Positions 35,264 to 38,026 of a stretch of 38,026 nt of DNA are shown here, in pieces. Source of the DNA: Bacteroidia bacterium. GTDB lineage: Bacteria; Bacteroidota; Bacteroidia; JABEUT01. Position numbers and translations under genes: made by a program. The stretch covers positions 1-38,026 of the forward strand of contig DATHOL010000486.1 in assembly GCA_035484895.1 (NCBI GenBank). The letters run 5' to 3'. The first letter of the stretch is position 1, and each line of letters opens with the position of its first letter. The notes beneath the pieces were generated by a model. It worked only from the letters and a program-made list of their open reading frames with translations. It did not search any database and was not told where the DNA came from.

Positions 35264-35617
35264 ATGAAAATGGCACCCATTAAAAACGAAAAAGAATATC
35301 AGGCAGCATTAAAGAAACTGGAAAAAGTTTTTGATGCAGAACCAGGTAGCCCGGAAGGAGATATTGGTGAGGTACTTGTTTTATTAATTGAAGATTATGA
35401 AAAAAAACATTTTCCGATAGATGCACCAGACCCTATTGAAGCTATTAAATATATTATGGAAGAAAAGGGATTGACCAATAAGGATATTATACCTTATTTT
35501 GGCAGCAAGAGTTTGGTGAGTGCAGTTTTAAATCGCCGAAGAAATCTTTCATTGAAGATGATAAAATCACTCCATGAAGGCTTGGGCCTGCCATATGAAA
35601 TATTAATGGCTTCGTAA
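35264..35617 (+). CDS. higA: Type II antitoxin HigA (YgjM) family, HTH
   Basis: 117 aa. The C-terminal HTH …FGSKSLVSAVLNRRRNLSLKMIKSLHEGLGLPYEIL matches E. coli HigA …IGSKSMVSRVLSGKRKLTLEHAKKLATRFGISPALF. It starts 11 nt after higB. Confidence 0.85.
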   Translation: MKMAPIKNEKEYQAALKKLEKVFDAEPGSPEGDIGEVLVLLIEDYEKKHFPIDAPDPIEAIKYIMEEKGLTNKDIIPYFGSKSLVSAVLNRRRNLSLKMIKSLHEGLGLPYEILMAS

Positions 35618-35650
35618 TTTAGGGTGAGTTTTAATATAAGATGCGAAAAA

Positions 35651-36427
35651 TTACCGGACAGGACCTTTCCCTATTGCCTTCATCTCCACCTGCAACCCTT
35701 TCAGCATATTCATAATGCTGGCGTAGTTCAGTTCTTCTTCTTTATAACCGCCCACATTCAGCGACCAAACATATTCCCATACTTCTAAAATATCGGGGGC
35801 TTTTAACTCGTAAGGCTGGTAGGCTTTATTATCGGCGACAAGCATAAGGAGGTCCTTCTTCTTCGGGTTTTTAAATACCCTTTTATATACTATCCCCTCC
35901 GATTTGGTAAGGAACACATAGGTAAGGCCATCTTTTATTTCATTAAAAGACTCTACAAACTTGCACACCACAAAACTGCCATCACGCAAAGGCGGCATAG
36001 AATCTCCTTTAATTGGAAAAGCCCGGTGTTTGCCTGCCGGCAGAAAAGGTAATTTAATGCGTTGCAACCGCTCCACATATTCCGGATCGGCATACCCATT
36101 CAGGTAACCTGCCGAAGCTTTCATGGATATTAATTCTATCTCCTCGTTATTATCCTCATTTATTATAACCGGGAAGAGCAACCGGTTATTCCCGATTCGC
36201 ATCAGCCCGTCCAAATTGGTTTTGGTAAGATCGCCGCGAAGCAACGCATCAATAGAGATATGGAAATAGTTAGAGAACTTTATCAGCATCTCTACGGAAG
36301 GTTCACTCCTACTCTCTTCATATGAACCGAGGCGTGCCTTGGTAATACTGAGCTTATCGGCTAACTGCTGCTGAGTGAAATTTTTCAAATCTCTCAGGTG
36401 ACGGATGTTTTTTGCTACTTTTGACAT
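35651..36427 (-). CDS. CI/XRE-type HTH plus S24 peptidase repressor (LexA-like; candidate non-canonical Bacteroidota LexA or phage-type repressor)
   Basis: N-terminal XRE HTH (NIRHLRDLKNFTQQQLADKLSITKARLGSYEESRSEPSVEMLIKFSNYFHISIDALL). Ala-Gly candidate cleavage site (KASA-GYL). S24 Ser in PIKGDSMPP and Lys in GIVYKRV. Start set to ATG 36427 (MSKVAKNI…), because a -7 box and an operator-like palindrome lie just upstream. Confidence 0.85.
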   Translation of the reverse strand: MSKVAKNIRHLRDLKNFTQQQLADKLSITKARLGSYEESRSEPSVEMLIKFSNYFHISIDALLRGDLTKTNLDGLMRIGNNRLLFPVIINEDNNEEIELISMKASAGYLNGYADPEYVERLQRIKLPFLPAGKHRAFPIKGDSMPPLRDGSFVVCKFVESFNEIKDGLTYVFLTKSEGIVYKRVFKNPKKKDLLMLVADNKAYQPYELKAPDILEVWEYVWSLNVGGYKEEELNYASIMNMLKGLQVEMKAIGKGPVR

Positions 36428-36431
36428 GTAT

Positions 36432-36444
36432 CTACAATTTGTAG
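36432..36444 (-). promoter_or_regulatory. 13-bp palindrome CTACAA-T-TTGTAG: candidate auto-operator of the S24 repressor
   Basis: Perfect 6-bp arms around one central base, located between the -7 box (1 nt away) and the ATG (4 nt away). It should therefore cover the transcription start. Confidence 0.45.
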
Positions 36445-36445
36445 G

Positions 36446-36453
36446 CAAATATA
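36446..36453 (-). promoter_or_regulatory. -7 promoter box TATATTTG of the S24 repressor gene
   Basis: Perfect TAnnTTTG on the minus strand, 18 nt upstream of ATG 36427. Confidence 0.4.
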
Positions 36454-36905
36454 GCTAAAATTTTTAGTTCCTTTGCATTGTTGATTTTTTAAATTATGAA
36501 ACGCAAGGATAATTCATCGGGTTTTGTCCTCAGTTTCAAATCAAAAGGCCCGGCCATAGATAATTAACCGGAAGCCGACCATAATCGGGGGTATTTTTGC
36601 CAAAGGGTGCCCCCTGAAAATGGGAAGAAATATTTCCTACACTACTTTTCTTTTACAATTTTACTCCTACGGAGTTATGCCTTAATAATATTTTGTTTAC
36701 TTCCCAAAAAGTCATTAACCCGCATTTGCTACCCATTTGCCCTGCAAAAAAATTATAGCAAACTTCCATTCCTATATCGCGACCGCTGTGACATGAACGT
36801 AAGTAGAATAATACCAATCAATTAAACCACCCATTCTTTGTTTTTCGCATTTCCTAAAACATGCAAAAAGTGTGAAGTAACGTGAAGTAAAGGAGCGCAA
36901 AAAAA

Positions 36906-38026
36906 TCAGGCTTTTTCTCCAGGGTCTATAATTGCCTTATTAAGCATGATATACACAACCACCAAAACCGCCACCGAAGCGGTAATTACAAACGTATATA
37001 AAGATCCGAATTTATACCATATAAAACCAGCAAGGGTACTTGCAATAAGCGTTGCAATACTTTGCAAACCCGAGAACATACCAATAGCCGTAGCGGTATC
37101 TTTTTTATCAGACACCTTGCTGATCCAAGCTTTGGAGATGCCTTCATTGCAGGAATAAAACAAGCCATAACAGAACAGCAGAAAGGCATAGACATATACA
37201 TTATCATTAATGCCCATTCCAAAATAAACGAATGCGAAAATCAGTAATCCGATAATGAATATCTTTTTCAATCCGATTCTATCAGCAATAATACCCACAG
37301 GAAACGAAGTAAGCGCATACACCAAATTATAGAAAATGTAAATACCGATAAGTACCAAATCTGAGGTGCCGGATTCTTTCATTTTTAAAATCAGGAATAC
37401 ATCGGAACTATTGAACAGTGTAAAAAATACAAGGCCAATAACTAATGATTTATAAGCTGCGGTACTGCGTTTCCAATAATCAAATTTGGGAAATAAACGG
37501 GTATATAGGGGCACAAAATTTTGTGCCCTTATCTCATTATTTTTAGCCTTCATATTCTTATCCTTAATTAAAAAAGTAAGCGCCACCGCTACTATCCCCG
37601 GAAAAATAGAGAATAAGAAAAGTGTTTTATAATTTCCCGGATGATATATAAGAAATAGTAATGCAATAGAGGGGCCAATAGCTGCACCAACTGTATCCAT
37701 AGAGCGGTGGAAACCGAATACTTTACCTCTGTCAGTATGGGCTGATTCATCGGAAAGAATGGCATCGCGGGCGCCTGTGCGCAGGCCTTTTCCAATCTTA
37801 TCGAAGGTGCGGCCAAGCAAAACCCAAAAAGGATTTACTATGAAAACTACCATAGGTTTAGCTAACGCACTAAGCCCATATCCCCACTGGACAAAGGGTG
37901 CACGTTTACCCACATTATCCGATATCTTTCCGAAATAGCCTTTGCCTAATCCGGCAACAAATTCGGCGAAGCCCTCCAAAATTCCAATAATTAAAACAGA
38001 GAAGCCAATGGATTTAAGATAGAGCG
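36906..38026 (-). CDS. MFS transporter (5' end outside the window)
   Basis: Multi-TM ORF with an MFS motif-A-like loop (…GKISDNVGKRAPF…). The reading frame stays open upstream of the listed TTG at 37979 (…LYLKSIGFSVLIIGILEGFAEF…) through to the window edge, so the gene is truncated by the window. Confidence 0.8.
   Translation of the reverse strand, partial: LYLKSIGFSVLIIGILEGFAEFVAGLGKGYFGKISDNVGKRAPFVQWGYGLSALAKPMVVFIVNPFWVLLGRTFDKIGKGLRTGARDAILSDESAHTDRGKVFGFHRSMDTVGAAIGPSIALLFLIYHPGNYKTLFLFSIFPGIVAVALTFLIKDKNMKAKNNEIRAQNFVPLYTRLFPKFDYWKRSTAAYKSLVIGLVFFTLFNSSDVFLILKMKESGTSDLVLIGIYIFYNLVYALTSFPVGIIADRIGLKKIFIIGLLIFAFVYFGMGINDNVYVYAFLLFCYGLFYSCNEGISKAWISKVSDKKDTATAIGMFSGLQSIATLIASTLAGFIWYKFGSLYTFVITASVAVLVVVYIMLNKAIIDPGEKA

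Noticed and set aside
36607-36825. A 72-aa plus-strand ORF in the long spacer.
   Set aside because: Non-ATG start (GTG at 36607), no promoter box, low-complexity hydrophobic translation, and nothing recognisable. Kept only as part of the spacer finding.
36872-36890. Tandem GTGAAGTAA x2 just downstream of the MFS stop.
   Set aside because: Only two 9-nt units. Too short to separate from chance, and no further copies in the window.
1-38026. Searches for tRNA/rRNA-like segments, CRISPR-like spaced repeats, transposase or integrase ORFs, and same-frame ORF pairs split by TGA (selenoprotein candidates, prompted by selD).
   Set aside because: None found. The only T-loop-like word (GAGTTCGAGCC near 13300) lies inside a CDS without a cloverleaf context. 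No regularly spaced repeats. The adjacent same-frame ORFs (ispF and the membrane protein) are separated by TAA, not TGA.

Overview
This 38-kb window looks like core chromosome from a Bacteroidota genome. Support: type IX secretion (T9SS) and gliding genes, TAnnTTTG -7 promoter boxes 14-98 nt upstream of many start codons, and hand-counted G+C of about 40-50% in sampled housekeeping blocks. I support 29 protein-coding genes. Left to right they are gatA, an MltD-like lytic transglycosylase, an M20 amidohydrolase, and a T9SS/gliding block (gldJ, porP/sprF-like, porU, porV). Then ispF, an uncharacterised polytopic membrane protein, a stand-alone sdhB/frdB, the 2441-aa translocon sprA, ruvA, an A+T-rich TPR protein with an unknown N-terminal domain, and maeB. 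Then selD, a CCG-only Fe-S protein, an overlapping GNAT / T4-endonuclease-V-like pair, a DUF4337-like protein, rnhA, an FKBP lipoprotein, nrnA and ndk. Last are two small outer-membrane beta-barrel paralogues, a higB-higA toxin-antitoxin pair, a CI/XRE-S24 (LexA-like) repressor and a truncated MFS transporter. I saw no rRNA, tRNA, CRISPR array, transposase or integrase. I do not see a clear-cut novel multi-gene system, and most of the window is ordinary. The best leads are: (1) the CI-type S24 repressor, with a 13-bp palindrome on its own promoter, next to a 478-bp ORF-poor spacer and the higBA pair, together forming a small A+T-rich islet; (2) a roughly 50-65-nt palindromic element conserved at DNA level inside the signal-peptide codons of the two otherwise diverged beta-barrel genes; (3) a GT-C-like membrane protein lying among T9SS genes; (4) the compositionally atypical TPR protein; (5) several orphan subunits (sdhB, CCG Fe-S protein, selD). 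Several unrelated families of simple-sequence hairpins sit at gene ends and in divergent promoters. All functional calls rest on my recognition of motifs in the translated ORFs; no database search was run.
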